DNA from: Verrucomicrobiota bacterium
GTDB lineage: Bacteria > Verrucomicrobiota > Verrucomicrobiia > Limisphaerales > SIBE01
DNA length: 64,000 nucleotides
Assembly (NCBI GenBank): GCA_016209525.1
Contig: JACQWK010000022.1
Coordinates: 160-64,159, forward strand
Reading direction: 5' to 3'
Of this stretch, positions 45,845 through 55,770 are shown in pieces (positions within the stretch are counted from its first letter, which is position 1; the number at the start of each line of letters is the position of its first letter). The position numbers and the translations under genes were made by a program. The notes under the pieces are model-generated. The model had not been told where the DNA came from and ran no database searches. It saw only the letters and a program-made list of their open reading frames with translations.

Positions 45845-46983
45845 CACTTCATGACGTAAATGGGTTCTTTGATTCCGCTGAAGGCGGCGAAGTTCTTCAG
45901 TTTTTCGATGAGCATTTGCGAAACCTCCGTGCCGGCGGGAACAATGAGCACTCCGTCGTTGGTGGCCACGGGTGAGAGCAGCACCTGTCCAGGCGCCAAT
46001 TCTCTGGCCAGAATCGCTTGGCTGGACTTTGCGGATTCAGAGTCTTGCCCGAGCGTGGCTACGGCGGCATCGAGGACCTTGGGATCGTATGCGCCTGGCC
46101 GGCGGCGCATCTGGTCGAGGATTTCTCCTCTGTGGGAACCCTCGATCTCCTGTTTGATCAGGTCGGACAACACGCGAAGCACGCGCGCTCCCAAGGGGAT
46201 CTGGTCGCCGGCCACGGCATCGTGCGGGAATCCGGAACCGTCATAATACTTTGTTTGGTACAACACGATACGAGCCACGGCCTCCAGGCGCGGGATATTC
46301 AGAAGGAGCTTTTGGCCGATCTCCGGTATCCGCGCCAGCACCTGTTTCTCCGGTGGCGAAAGTGCGGCGCCCGTGCGTTCCTTTTGCATGATGGTCGCCG
46401 GGATAGTTACGTAGGCAATGTGAGAGAGAAGAGCGGCCACCTCTAACTCCCAGCTCGCCGCGATGCCAAGGGGAGCAGCGAGCTTGCGTGCGTACTCGCG
46501 GAGCATCTGAGCGCGGCCAAAGATCTGCGGTTCCACCATGGAAAGGATATCGGTCAGCATTTTCACGCTGCCGCTGAGGGTCTTCTCCAGAAGTTCCTTT
46601 TCCGCCGTGATAAGCCGGTACTGCTCGAGGGCGGCCTCCAGAGCGAGCGCCAAGGTTTCAGGGGGGCACGGCTTGTTCAGAAAGCGGAAGATATGGCCTC
46701 GGTTGACGGCGTCCACGGCCACCCGCTGGTCGGCGTTGCCCGTGAGCATGATCCGTACGGTCTCCGGTGCCTGTTGGCGAATCTTGCTCAAGAGTTGGAT
46801 CCCGTCCATCCCGGGCAAATGCATGTCCACAACCACGGCGGCGTAAGGCCCCTGGCGGCCGAGCAGGTTCAGAGAATCCTCGGCGTTGAGGGCGGTTTCG
46901 AGGCAGAAGCGCCGGCGCAAATTGCGCTGAAAACCCGCCAACACGTTCGGGTCATCGTCAACGCACAAAATCTTTTCGTTCAT
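45844..46983 (-). CDS. Response regulator: REC domain + degenerate HD-GYP-like output domain
   Basis: ATG at 46983: MNEKILCVDDDPNVLAGF...VVVDMHLPGMDGIQLL...LTGNAD...FLNKP (REC). The C-terminal domain resembles RpfG-type HD-GYP, but the HD position reads LLSHIAYV and the HHExxDGxGYP position reads LYQTKYYDGSGFP. Confidence 0.75.
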   Translation of the reverse strand: MNEKILCVDDDPNVLAGFQRNLRRRFCLETALNAEDSLNLLGRQGPYAAVVVDMHLPGMDGIQLLSKIRQQAPETVRIMLTGNADQRVAVDAVNRGHIFRFLNKPCPPETLALALEAALEQYRLITAEKELLEKTLSGSVKMLTDILSMVEPQIFGRAQMLREYARKLAAPLGIAASWELEVAALLSHIAYVTIPATIMQKERTGAALSPPEKQVLARIPEIGQKLLLNIPRLEAVARIVLYQTKYYDGSGFPHDAVAGDQIPLGARVLRVLSDLIKQEIEGSHRGEILDQMRRRPGAYDPKVLDAAVATLGQDSESAKSSQAILARELAPGQVLLSPVATNDGVLIVPAGTEVSQMLIEKLKNFAAFSGIKEPIYVMK

Positions 46984-47108
46984 TTGACAGACAGAACTCG
47001 ATGCCAAGTGAGATGCTTTGAGGAAGGCTGCGGTTTGGTCAAGTGAAACGTTCGCTATCGGCACGGGTGGTTGCCTCATTCCAATGCGCTTTCAAAACGA
47101 GACGAATG

Positions 47109-47149
47109 CCCTCATCGCTCTCCCCATCCGATGGGGAGAGCGATGAGGG
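47109..47149. repeat. Perfect 18-bp-stem hairpin element
   Basis: CCCTCATCGCTCTCCCCA-TCCGA-TGGGGAGAGCGATGAGGG read directly, between the two response-regulator genes. Confidence 0.8.
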
Positions 47150-47207
47150 GAGGGGTATTCTCAGTCAGAGTTTGCGCGAGATTAGTCTCATCCTGCTCCT
47201 GATCGCT

Positions 47208-47312
47208 CTTTGGTATCAATGCGTCGGAGTCTTCGGATTGCCCAAATCACAAATCATAATTCATAAATCATAATTCACTTTGGTATCAATGCGTCAGAGT
47301 GTTCGGATTGCC
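47208..47312. repeat. 35-bp direct repeat (period 70 bp) duplicating the 3' end and stop codon of the REC-HDOD gene, flanking an AT-rich 35-bp insert
   Basis: CTTTGGTATCAATGCGTCGGAGTCTTCGGATTGCC (47208-47242) versus CTTTGGTATCAATGCGTCAGAGTGTTCGGATTGCC (47278-47312): 2 mismatches. Between them CAAATCACAAATCATAATTCATAAATCATAATTCA, with AAATCATAATTCA occurring twice. Confidence 0.9.
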
Positions 47313-48539
47313 TAGGAGCGACGGTGAATTCGGGAGTTCGAGACTCCCTTCGACGATTCGCCGCCTCCAGTCGTCCAGACGCCCCCGGAGGCCGAGGCTT
47401 GCCAGATAGTCTTGGTCGAGTTCGGCTGGCGGAAAGCGGCTTTGGTTTCTTCTGTGTTCCTGAATGAGAGCGTTTGCGGCGTGAACGGCGGTTAGCGGAG
47501 AAAAGGTGGAAGCGTCTTTCATCCTGGGAGAATGGTGCCACGCGGCAGCCTCGACAATGTCTGGTGGCAATCCCCACAAACCCAGCAGAAAGGCGCCGAC
47601 GTCGGCATGGGAAACGCCGAAAATCTGCCGTTCTGCCAACGAGAGCGGCATTCTGTTTTCCTCAGCCAGCTTTAGGGCTGACTGGAACTGGTGTGAGAAA
47701 TCCAAGCGGAGAACGAATCCGCCGATGTCATGAAGGAGCCCAGCCGTGTAGGCAGCTTCCGCGGTTTGGCGGTCTGCGTTTTCAGCCTCCGCAATCCGCT
47801 CGGCAGCCCTCGCGACTTCCAAGCAATGTTCCCACAATCGGTCGAGGCTGCTCTCCCGGAACTTGACCGCCTCGATTTGTGTGAATGCGTTGATGTTGAA
47901 GACTAAAGTTTTGAAGGCGTCGAGGCCGAGGTAGGCGATCGCTGCGGTCACGTTGGAAATGGGGTGCGCGGCTCCGAAGAAGGCCGAGTTGACGAGTCGC
48001 AGAATTGCGGCGGTGAGACCGGGATCCTTCCGAGCGATGAGGGCCACCTGTTTCACCGAAACATCCGCTTTCAGCAGGTTTTCGACGAGTTCAATGTAGA
48101 GGGAAGGAACACTGGGAAAGCGATCCATCTGGGTCACGATCCGCCTCAAGGCGGCGTTGGGTTGCATGGCCGCCTGCAATTGAGACACGCGTCCGAGGGC
48201 CGACTTCAGTGGCTCGGGCTGGCATGGCTTGGAGAGGCATTGGTGGGCCGAACCGAAGCATTGAAAGAAAAGCTCTCTTTCGGCATGACCGGAAAGGATG
48301 AGACGGGCGGCATCGGGATACAGTCTTCTGACTTCGTTCAGAAGCTGCGCTCCGCTCATCTGCGGCATGAGCATGTCCGACACCACGATGTCAAAGGCAG
48401 AGCGAGCCATCAGATCCAGGGCTCGGTCCCCGCTCTCCGTGAACACCAAGTCCCAGGACGAACGCATCGTTCGCAGCATCCGCCGCAGGCCTTCCAGCGC
48501 CAATGGTTCGTCATCCAGAAAGAGAATGCGCGCTTTCAA
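47286..48539 (-). CDS. Response regulator: REC domain + HDOD domain
   Basis: TTG at 48539 overlaps the kinase stop (TTGA): [22 protein letters not shown]...VVSDMLMPQMSGAQLL...LSGHAE...CLSKP (REC). Then FPSVPSLYIELVENLLKADVSVKQVALIARKDPGLTAAILRLVNSAFFG...GLLHDIG...FGVSHADVGAFLLGLWGLP (HDOD). The ORF-track N-terminal extension to 48788 overlaps the kinase gene and looks non-coding. Confidence 0.8.
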   Translation of the reverse strand: MKARILFLDDEPLALEGLRRMLRTMRSSWDLVFTESGDRALDLMARSAFDIVVSDMLMPQMSGAQLLNEVRRLYPDAARLILSGHAERELFFQCFGSAHQCLSKPCQPEPLKSALGRVSQLQAAMQPNAALRRIVTQMDRFPSVPSLYIELVENLLKADVSVKQVALIARKDPGLTAAILRLVNSAFFGAAHPISNVTAAIAYLGLDAFKTLVFNINAFTQIEAVKFRESSLDRLWEHCLEVARAAERIAEAENADRQTAEAAYTAGLLHDIGGFVLRLDFSHQFQSALKLAEENRMPLSLAERQIFGVSHADVGAFLLGLWGLPPDIVEAAAWHHSPRMKDASTFSPLTAVHAANALIQEHRRNQSRFPPAELDQDYLASLGLRGRLDDWRRRIVEGSLELPNSPSLLGNPNTLTH

Positions 48540-50206
48540 TGGGCTTTGACCGGAATCATGACTGGAGGTTTCTTGGGCAAACGAACGATGAAGAGGGTTC
48601 CTTTTCCAAGCTCCGTCTCGAACGCGATCGTCCCGCCGTGTTTGTCCACGATGACCGAGTGAGCGATGGCCAAACCTTGACCGGTGCCTTTGCCTATTTG
48701 TTTCGTCGTGAAAAACGGTTCGAAAATCTTGTCGCGGATTTTCTCGGGTATGCCGGTGCCGGTGTCGCGGACTCGGATTTCCACCCAATCATCGCGGTCT
48801 TTGGTGGTGATGGTGATGAGGCCCTTGCCTTGGCGCCCGTCGGCCGCCGCTTCGGCGATGGCGTGAGCGGCATTGACGATCAGATTCAGCATCACTTGGT
48901 TGAATTCAGCCGCCAGGCAATGGACCAAGGGCAGGTTCGGATCGAATTCCGTCACCATGTCAGCGACATATTTCCACTCATTGCGCGTGACCGTCAGGGT
49001 GCTTTCGATGGCTTTGTTCAAGTCGATTGAGGTTCTTTCCTCCGATCCCGGATGCGAGAACTCCTTCATGGCACCGACGATTTTCGTGACCCTTTCGATT
49101 CCTTGCAGAGACTGGGCAATCGCGCTGGGGATTTCTGAGACGAGGTACTCCAGGTCGGCTTGCCGCACCGCTTCCTCCATTTTCGCGAGGCACTCGCCAT
49201 TGGCCCTGTTTGATTTCACTGTTTCAATCAGGGCAAGGTGTTGAGCGAGCAACTGGCTGAGTCCGGTAAAGGCGTCTTTCAGGAAACGCGTGTTATCGCC
49301 GATGTATTGGATGGGCGTATTGATCTCGTGCGCGATGCCGGCAGCCAGCCGACCGATGGATTCCATTTTTTGAGCGTGGCGCAGGTGAACCTCCATCATC
49401 TCGCGTTCCTTCTCCGCGCGCTTCCGCTCCGTGATGTCCCGCGCGACGATGAGGATGTTTTCGATTTCGCCTCGCGCGTTGCGGATAACACCGGCGTGCG
49501 ATTCGAGCGTTCGCCAGGTTCCGTCCTTGTGGCGCATCCGATACTCGACGAATTTTCCCACGCCGGTCAGCTTGGCTTCGGCGGCGGCGGCGAGAACTCT
49601 TTCGCGGTCATCCGGATGGATTTCATCCAGAGACATTGTGCCGAGCAACTCCTCTGGATTGTAGCCCAGGACGGCGCGGTAGGATGGGCTGTTGTAGAGG
49701 CGCCTTCCCAGAGTGTCCACGAGTGCGATCAATTCGGTGGCATTCTCCGTCATGACTCGGAAGAGTTGCTCGCTGCGCCGCAGAGCTTGCTGGGCGCGGT
49801 TGCTTTCCGTGATGTCTCGAGCGATGGAGGATAAATACTCAACAGTCCCGTCGGCCGCTTTGTGAGCGAGAACAAGCTGCGAAACAAGAATCTCGGTTCC
49901 ATCGCGGCTCGTGAAACTGGTTTCTCCCGTCCATACTCCGGTGCGCAGAACGGACGGGAGGGCTTCACGTTGCAGTAATTCGATTGCCCAACTGGGGTGG
50001 AAATCCTTGGCGGTGAACTCGGAGATGTTTTCGGTGGCGCCGATTCCAAGCATTTGGCGGCCCGCCCGATTCAGATAGAAGATTTGCTCGTTCTGCGCAT
50101 CGGTGATGTTCACCAAGTCGGTCGTCGCTTCCAAGATCGCGAGAAGTTGGCGTTTGACCGAATGGGCCTCCGGTTCACGACGGGGTTGGTTCCTCTGCAT
50201 CTTCAT
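48536..50206 (-). CDS. Multi-PAS sensor histidine kinase
   Basis: 556 aa. PAS-like segments ([13 protein letters not shown]..., [16 protein letters not shown]..., [15 protein letters not shown]...). H-box [20 protein letters not shown]. HATPase_c ([10 protein letters not shown]...DTGTGIP...[18 protein letters not shown]). Confidence 0.85.
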   Translation of the reverse strand: MKMQRNQPRREPEAHSVKRQLLAILEATTDLVNITDAQNEQIFYLNRAGRQMLGIGATENISEFTAKDFHPSWAIELLQREALPSVLRTGVWTGETSFTSRDGTEILVSQLVLAHKAADGTVEYLSSIARDITESNRAQQALRRSEQLFRVMTENATELIALVDTLGRRLYNSPSYRAVLGYNPEELLGTMSLDEIHPDDRERVLAAAAEAKLTGVGKFVEYRMRHKDGTWRTLESHAGVIRNARGEIENILIVARDITERKRAEKEREMMEVHLRHAQKMESIGRLAAGIAHEINTPIQYIGDNTRFLKDAFTGLSQLLAQHLALIETVKSNRANGECLAKMEEAVRQADLEYLVSEIPSAIAQSLQGIERVTKIVGAMKEFSHPGSEERTSIDLNKAIESTLTVTRNEWKYVADMVTEFDPNLPLVHCLAAEFNQVMLNLIVNAAHAIAEAAADGRQGKGLITITTKDRDDWVEIRVRDTGTGIPEKIRDKIFEPFFTTKQIGKGTGQGLAIAHSVIVDKHGGTIAFETELGKGTLFIVRLPKKPPVMIPVKAH

Positions 50207-50354
50207 GGAAACCTGCTCAAATCTGAAGCCGAGATGTCTGGCGGCCGGAACAGAATCCTTCTCTTGAAGCTGCCGAGGCCGGTCAACTCATGCGCGAAGT
50301 GCGGCACTCTGGGGGGCGGACCGACGTGGAGGACCGACGGCTTGGAGCAGAGGG

Positions 50355-51161
50355 CTACGGTCTTGGCACACCTTCTTGCAGGCGCCTTAAATCCCGCAGC
50401 TCATGCTTGTTGACATTCGGACGGCCGTACGGAGCCAACTTCTTTGACGAAAACCATCTCCAGTATTCCACGTGGCCATCGACGAAAGAGAGATTGCAGC
50501 CGCGTTCGTGCCGATCAGCGGGGAGGCTTACCCACCGGACGATTGCGGCGATCGATTTCTCCGGCGGCGAGACGGAAAACGAACCCATCCAGAGACTGTA
50601 CTCATGTTCTTCGATGAAGGCGAAAACCTTGTCCGGCGAGGGTGTCCCAACTGCTGAAGAGACGGTCTTCACTCTTGGGTCCACTCCCGCATCGTCTCCG
50701 TTCAGGTATGAACTCATCGAATAAGAGCGCGTGCGCAAGAGAGGATGTCCTACCACTTGTGAGCGATCGGCCGGGCAGCGATAAAGGGCGGCAGACTTCG
50801 TGTAAGGGAAGAGGGTTCCTTTGACGACATTCCGCGTGGTGATGTCCTCTTTTGGGTTGCCCACAACCCACGAATTTGTTGTATTCCGGCGCCCGTAGGC
50901 CTGCTCGTCGGCGCTGGGTTCGCTCCGATTCAAAGGCAGAAGGTCGCTGTTGTCATCGGTGTAAAGGCTCCACGAGAGCTGAAGGTGGCGCAGGTTGTTC
51001 AAGCAGGCAATCTGGTGCGCCTTGGCCCTCGTTTGATTGAGAGCTGCAGAGAGCAACGTGGCGATGATGGTGATGATCAAGACCACAACCAGTAGTTCCA
51101 GCAGCGTGAACCCGGCGAAACGCCGCCCGGACGCCTGGGGGAGCCACGTCCATTTCGTCAA
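50355..51161 (-). CDS. Prepilin-type N-terminal cleavage/methylation domain protein, DUF1559 (H-X9-DG) family
   Basis: RRFAGFTLLELLVVVLIITIIATLL (type IV pilin-like leader and helix) and C-terminal ...CNLSFVDGHVEYWRW (DGH motif). Start is uncertain: TTG 51161 gives a 16-aa leader. The ORF track extends to 51482, which would give an implausibly long leader. Confidence 0.7.
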   Translation of the reverse strand: MTKWTWLPQASGRRFAGFTLLELLVVVLIITIIATLLSAALNQTRAKAHQIACLNNLRHLQLSWSLYTDDNSDLLPLNRSEPSADEQAYGRRNTTNSWVVGNPKEDITTRNVVKGTLFPYTKSAALYRCPADRSQVVGHPLLRTRSYSMSSYLNGDDAGVDPRVKTVSSAVGTPSPDKVFAFIEEHEYSLWMGSFSVSPPEKSIAAIVRWVSLPADRHERGCNLSFVDGHVEYWRWFSSKKLAPYGRPNVNKHELRDLRRLQEGVPRP

Positions 51162-52024
51162 GGCAAGGCGACATCTCGGTTTTGTGACTTCTTTCAACTG
51201 CCGACCGGCTCCGGCATGTCGATGCCGCACGCTTCGGTCTGCGTGCCAACCACGCGCGCGCTTCCAGTCTGGAGAGGGCCAATTCATGCAAACAAAATCA
51301 AACTTTGGCATGTCTTTAGCCTGTTTGGTCTGTTTAGTCAATCTCGTCGGTAGAGGCAGTTTCGGGTCCGATCCGACACGGCCGAAATGGACCGCACCGA
51401 GCTGTGCTTTGCACGTTCGCACCCGATCCACACTGCGGAAAATGTGCCACGACTTTCCGACAAGCTCAACCTCTGAATCCAAAATTGTGATTGCCGCATC
51501 TCCTCCGCAAAGTCACGGCTTCGACCCTGTACCAAGCCGTGACGCCTCCGAAAAAGCTCGGAGGGACCCCTTCATGCAACCCCGCAGTCGGGCTCGGAGC
51601 CTTCTTGGGCTGGTCTCGCTTCTCATTGATTGTCGTGGCCAGGGCAAAATTCAGGGCCCCGTGGTCATGGGCGCCAATCTCCTGGACATATTTGAATCCT
51701 TTCGCAAGGGACGGCTGCGATTACGTCCTTCTTGTTTGTTGCCGACGCGGATTGGTGCGATTCGAAGGTCCGCGGCCGTGGAGGTTGGCATCATGTGCGC
51801 TTTCCCATCAAAGGAACGCCGCAGCCGAGCAAACGCCGGGATCTCAGCAAGGGAAATTGAACGCTTATGACAAAGGATTGTCCATCCCATTGGCCTGAAT
51901 GACCGCGTTCCATTTCTGACAATACCCAACGAGACCGACCCTCCTTTGGGTTGCGAAGCCGCGAGACGGCTGCGGACTGATAACGGTTTGACTTGGCTTT
52001 TATGGAACCGTAGATTGCGGGGCC

Positions 52025-53077
52025 ATGGTTGCTGCTGAAACCAAAGCGGGGGCTGCTCCCGTTGGTGCGGATACGGATGGCCGGCGTTTTTCCCTTTGGA
52101 AACAGATCATCGAGCCCGTGAAGCCATTCTTGGAACAAGTGGCGGTTCAGATGGCAGAACAAGTGCATGCCTTCCATCCAGAAATCGTTCCGTACACTCG
52201 TTATGCGCTGACGAATCAGGGCAAGCAACTCCGTCCGGTGCTGGTAGCGCTGAGCGCAGGCGCGGCCGGCAACGTCAGCGATTCCCTCGTGCAGGTCGCG
52301 GTCATTATCGAAATGGTCCATCTGGCAACGCTGGTTCATGATGATGTCATGGATGAAGCGGTAATTCGGCGGCGGCGGCCAACCTTGGCGGCAAACTGGG
52401 GCAACCAAATCTCAGTTTTAGTGGGTGATTGCCTATTTGCTCATGCGTTGAGGTTGGCGGCAAGCTTCCCGTCGCCTGACATATGCCGCGCCGTGGCTTC
52501 AGCGACGAACACCGTGTGCTCCGGTGAGATTTTGCAGACGCACCAGCGACGCAACTTCGAATTCACTCGAACCCAGTACTTTAAGGTGCTTGAGATGAAG
52601 ACGGCGGAACTCTTTGCGCTTTCGTGCGAATTAGGCGCTTCCATGGGAGGGGCGTCGCGGGTGTGCGGTCTAGCACTAAGGAAGTACGGACTCTGCCTTG
52701 GAACTGCCTACCAGGTGTACGACGATTGCCTGGATCTGTTTGGCAGCGAAGCCGAGGTGGGCAAATCGCTCGGGACGGACCTAGCCAGTGGAAAGCTCAC
52801 TCTCCCGGTGCTCGTGGTACTGGAGCAAGCGATGGGCGAGGATCGAGCGAGAATGCGCGAGTTCGTTGAACATTGGGAACCCAATCTTCTCCCGAACGTT
52901 CTTGAGCTTCTGGAAAAGTATGAGGCCCAGCAAGCCTCCCGATCGATCATCCATCGGTATCTCGATTTGGCCAGGCAGACAGTAAGGGCTCTGTCTGATT
53001 CACCGAGCCGGACGGCGCTGGTGGCTCTGGCTGATTTCCTTGGCCAGCAGACCGACACATTGGGGACCCCTGCGTGA
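52025..53077 (+). CDS. Polyprenyl diphosphate synthase (IspB/heptaprenyl-octaprenyl synthase-like)
   Basis: 350 aa. LATLVHDDVMDEA (first DDxxD) and AYQVYDDCLDLFG (second DDxxD). Confidence 0.85.
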   Translation: MVAAETKAGAAPVGADTDGRRFSLWKQIIEPVKPFLEQVAVQMAEQVHAFHPEIVPYTRYALTNQGKQLRPVLVALSAGAAGNVSDSLVQVAVIIEMVHLATLVHDDVMDEAVIRRRRPTLAANWGNQISVLVGDCLFAHALRLAASFPSPDICRAVASATNTVCSGEILQTHQRRNFEFTRTQYFKVLEMKTAELFALSCELGASMGGASRVCGLALRKYGLCLGTAYQVYDDCLDLFGSEAEVGKSLGTDLASGKLTLPVLVVLEQAMGEDRARMREFVEHWEPNLLPNVLELLEKYEAQQASRSIIHRYLDLARQTVRALSDSPSRTALVALADFLGQQTDTLGTPA

Positions 53078-53093
53078 GACGGCGTCAAAGAGC

Positions 53094-53714
53094 ATGATCG
53101 ATGCAGTTGCCACCAAGGCCTTTGTGGACAGACCCATGACGGGCCAGAGCGACGAGTTCTCGCTCGTGAAGCGCGCTCAACGCGGCGACCTGCGAGCCTT
53201 TGATGATCTCGTGCAGATGTATCAGGAGAGAATCTACGCGACGATTTATCACATGACGGCGAATCACGAAGACGCAAGTGATCTTGCCCAGGAAGCATTC
53301 ATCAAAGCCTACCGGGCGCTCTCGTCGTTCAAAGGGGATTCCAGCTTCTTTACCTGGGTTTACAGGATTGCCGTCAACAAGACGATCAATTTCCTGAAGC
53401 AGCGGAAGAAGCGGCCGCAATTGAGCCTGAACGATCTGGATTTCAACGCGGAACATGATCCGGACCTTGTGGCTCTGACGTCCGACAATACGCCTCGCCG
53501 GGATCTGAATCTTTGCGAGCTCCAGGAAAAATTGAACGAGGCCATGCAGAAGCTGTCGCATGTACACAGACTGGTTGTCACTCTGCATGACATTCAAGGT
53601 TTGCCGCACGAGGAAATCAGCAAGATTCTGGATTGCAACACGGGGACTGTGCGTTCGAGGCTGTTCTATGCGCGACAGCAATTGCAGGCGTATTTATCTG
53701 ACTATCTTAAATGA
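53094..53714 (+). CDS. ECF-type RNA polymerase sigma-70 family factor
   Basis: ATG at 53094. LVKRAQRGDLRAFDDLVQMYQERIYATIYHMTANHEDASDLAQEAFIKAYRAL...FFTWVYRIAVNKTINFLK (region 2) and ...LHDIQGLPHEEISKILDCNTGTVRSRLFYARQQL (region 4). Confidence 0.85.
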   Translation: MIDAVATKAFVDRPMTGQSDEFSLVKRAQRGDLRAFDDLVQMYQERIYATIYHMTANHEDASDLAQEAFIKAYRALSSFKGDSSFFTWVYRIAVNKTINFLKQRKKRPQLSLNDLDFNAEHDPDLVALTSDNTPRRDLNLCELQEKLNEAMQKLSHVHRLVVTLHDIQGLPHEEISKILDCNTGTVRSRLFYARQQLQAYLSDYLK

Positions 53715-53717
53715 CTC

Positions 53718-54218
53718 ATGAGCCGGCCCGAAGAAGAATTCCCAAAACTCACTAAGCTACTGGCGTGGAAACGGCATGAGAAACCGCCTCCCGCTTATTT
53801 CGACCGGTTCCGGGAGAAACTCATCGATCGGATCGAAGCGGAGGAACTCGTCGAATATTCGTCCTGGTGGCGATGGCTGGTCGAGAAATTCGATGCCAAG
53901 CCGTTGCTCGTTTGCGCCTATGGGCTGGTCATTTCCGGGCTCCTCCTGGCTGGCTTTCGCGTGTCTCAGATGTTGGAGGGTGAAGTTGCCGCGACGCAGA
54001 TTTTTAGCGGACCGTGGTTGGCGGTAACGCCTGGATCAAACCCGGACTTCGGGAGCGATCCGGACCAACAAAGCCCCCTCGACATCCGCTTCATGACCTT
54101 CACCTCCTCGTCGAAGGGCGCGCGGGTGGTTTTCGGTGCCGAGCCTTCCTTAATTCCGCTCGAGGACTCGACTGGACATCGCTTCTCTCCGGTCACTCCC
54201 GTCGTCAGCCCTCGTTGA
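53718..54218 (+). CDS. Putative anti-sigma factor (single-pass membrane protein)
   Basis: Starts 3 nt after the sigma-factor stop. 166 aa with one TM (LLVCAYGLVISGLLLAGF). Called by position only. Confidence 0.45.
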   Translation: MSRPEEEFPKLTKLLAWKRHEKPPPAYFDRFREKLIDRIEAEELVEYSSWWRWLVEKFDAKPLLVCAYGLVISGLLLAGFRVSQMLEGEVAATQIFSGPWLAVTPGSNPDFGSDPDQQSPLDIRFMTFTSSSKGARVVFGAEPSLIPLEDSTGHRFSPVTPVVSPR

Positions 54219-54235
54219 TCCTGCTCTCCATCCGC

Positions 54236-55636
54236 TTATTCTGCGCGATTAAAGACCAGAGCAATCAAAGGAGCGTTGATGACAAGTTTCTCGTCATCAG
54301 CAGTCGCAAGAGTCGATTGTGACTTTCCTTTCTCGTCCTGAAGCTTGACCTGATATTTCTCTCCTTGCCGCTCCCATGACCCTTGGGCAGAGTAGATAGG
54401 TTGCGAGAAAGAGATGTTGGTTGAAGCCGTGGGAGTGGTCGGAGCGGCCTGAGGCGGAGGGCTCGGAGAGCGCGATCCGGAAGGGCCCGTGAGGCCATAC
54501 CTTTGGGCGTACTCAGGTGACATTCGGGAACCGCCGAATTGGGGTGAGCCCGCAGCCGCGGCTTGGGCAGCCTGTGCGGCTTGTGTTGCGGCCTGGATAG
54601 CCTGTCTAACCTGTTCGCTCACTTCAACTTTCAGATCCACCTTCTTGTCCGTAGTCGCCATGAACGTGACCGTTTTCAGCGCTTCGGTCAGCGTTTTCTT
54701 GAGTCTCGACATTTCGGATGCCGTGAGATTCGGGCGCTTCTTCCGCTCCTGAGCCAAGGTCGCGTAGAAATCCAGATCCCAGCGACCCAGGATTTTTTCA
54801 TCGTCAAATTTCGGTGACTTGCCGGATTCGAGGTAATGCCGCAGATCTTTCAAGTCCTGTCCCAATAATTCCTGCACGATTTCAGAATTATAGATTACGG
54901 ACTGGGTCTTGGGATGGTTGAGGATTTGAGCGATGTCTCCTTTGGTCTGCAACAGGTTGTTGAACTCCGCGTCAGTCGCGATGTCCTGGAATTCCTGGCG
55001 TTGACCGAGCGACAGGAACGGCGGGTACTGCGACAGGCGGTTTAACAAAATCGGATTGTTGTAGATTAGCCCGATGATATCGCACACCTGGTAATAAGTG
55101 GCGGGCATTGGATCGAAAACCGCCACCGATTTCTCCAGGCCAGTCGCGTGCAGGTCCTGTTTGGCCCGGCTCAGATAACGGAAGGTCATCGAGCTGGTGT
55201 CGTCTGACACGACTTGGACCGCGAAGTGTCCGGTGATGTGGATCACCAAACCGAAGACAAATAGCCATACGCTCGCCATGAAGCAACCGAGGCAGATGCC
55301 CAGGCGCTTGTTGAGGCGCTCCCAGCGCAGCCGAGTCAAATCGTCGGTTCGATACTTGAAATAAAGGTTGACTCGATGTTGCACAAAGAAGGCGATGCCG
55401 ACGAAGATCAAGAAAAGGATAAGGAACGCCCAAATCGGCGGCCAAACCACGGTCCAGACCGGATGCTTGATTCCGACGAGGGGAACCAGACGGGCGCAAA
55501 GCGGTGAGAGCGGGAACGCCAGCATGAGGCTCAGAAACAAACCCACGATAGATACGCCAAGTCGGAGCGCGCCTTGGAGGTAACCCAAGCCGCACACGAT
55601 GACAACCAGGAGAACTGCGAGCGTCCAGATAAGCAT
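54236..55636 (-). CDS. Membrane protein with CvpA-like N-terminal helices; remainder hypothetical
   Basis: 466 aa. MLIWTLAVLLVVIVCGLGYLQGALRLGVSIVGLFLSLMLAFPLSPL... plus further TM helices. Long soluble C-terminal part with a low-complexity QAAQAAQAAAAG / PSPPPQAAPTTPT stretch. Confidence 0.55.
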   Translation of the reverse strand: MLIWTLAVLLVVIVCGLGYLQGALRLGVSIVGLFLSLMLAFPLSPLCARLVPLVGIKHPVWTVVWPPIWAFLILFLIFVGIAFFVQHRVNLYFKYRTDDLTRLRWERLNKRLGICLGCFMASVWLFVFGLVIHITGHFAVQVVSDDTSSMTFRYLSRAKQDLHATGLEKSVAVFDPMPATYYQVCDIIGLIYNNPILLNRLSQYPPFLSLGQRQEFQDIATDAEFNNLLQTKGDIAQILNHPKTQSVIYNSEIVQELLGQDLKDLRHYLESGKSPKFDDEKILGRWDLDFYATLAQERKKRPNLTASEMSRLKKTLTEALKTVTFMATTDKKVDLKVEVSEQVRQAIQAATQAAQAAQAAAAGSPQFGGSRMSPEYAQRYGLTGPSGSRSPSPPPQAAPTTPTASTNISFSQPIYSAQGSWERQGEKYQVKLQDEKGKSQSTLATADDEKLVINAPLIALVFNRAE

Positions 55637-55770
55637 GGCAAAAGATTAACCTTTCCACGTTCGAAACGCACGCGGAAAATTCTCAGCGAAGCAGCGCCGT
55701 CTTCGGATTGAGATCGAGAAATCGAGCTTGCGGATTCGCAAAGAATGATGAGAAATCGCGATTGCGAACC

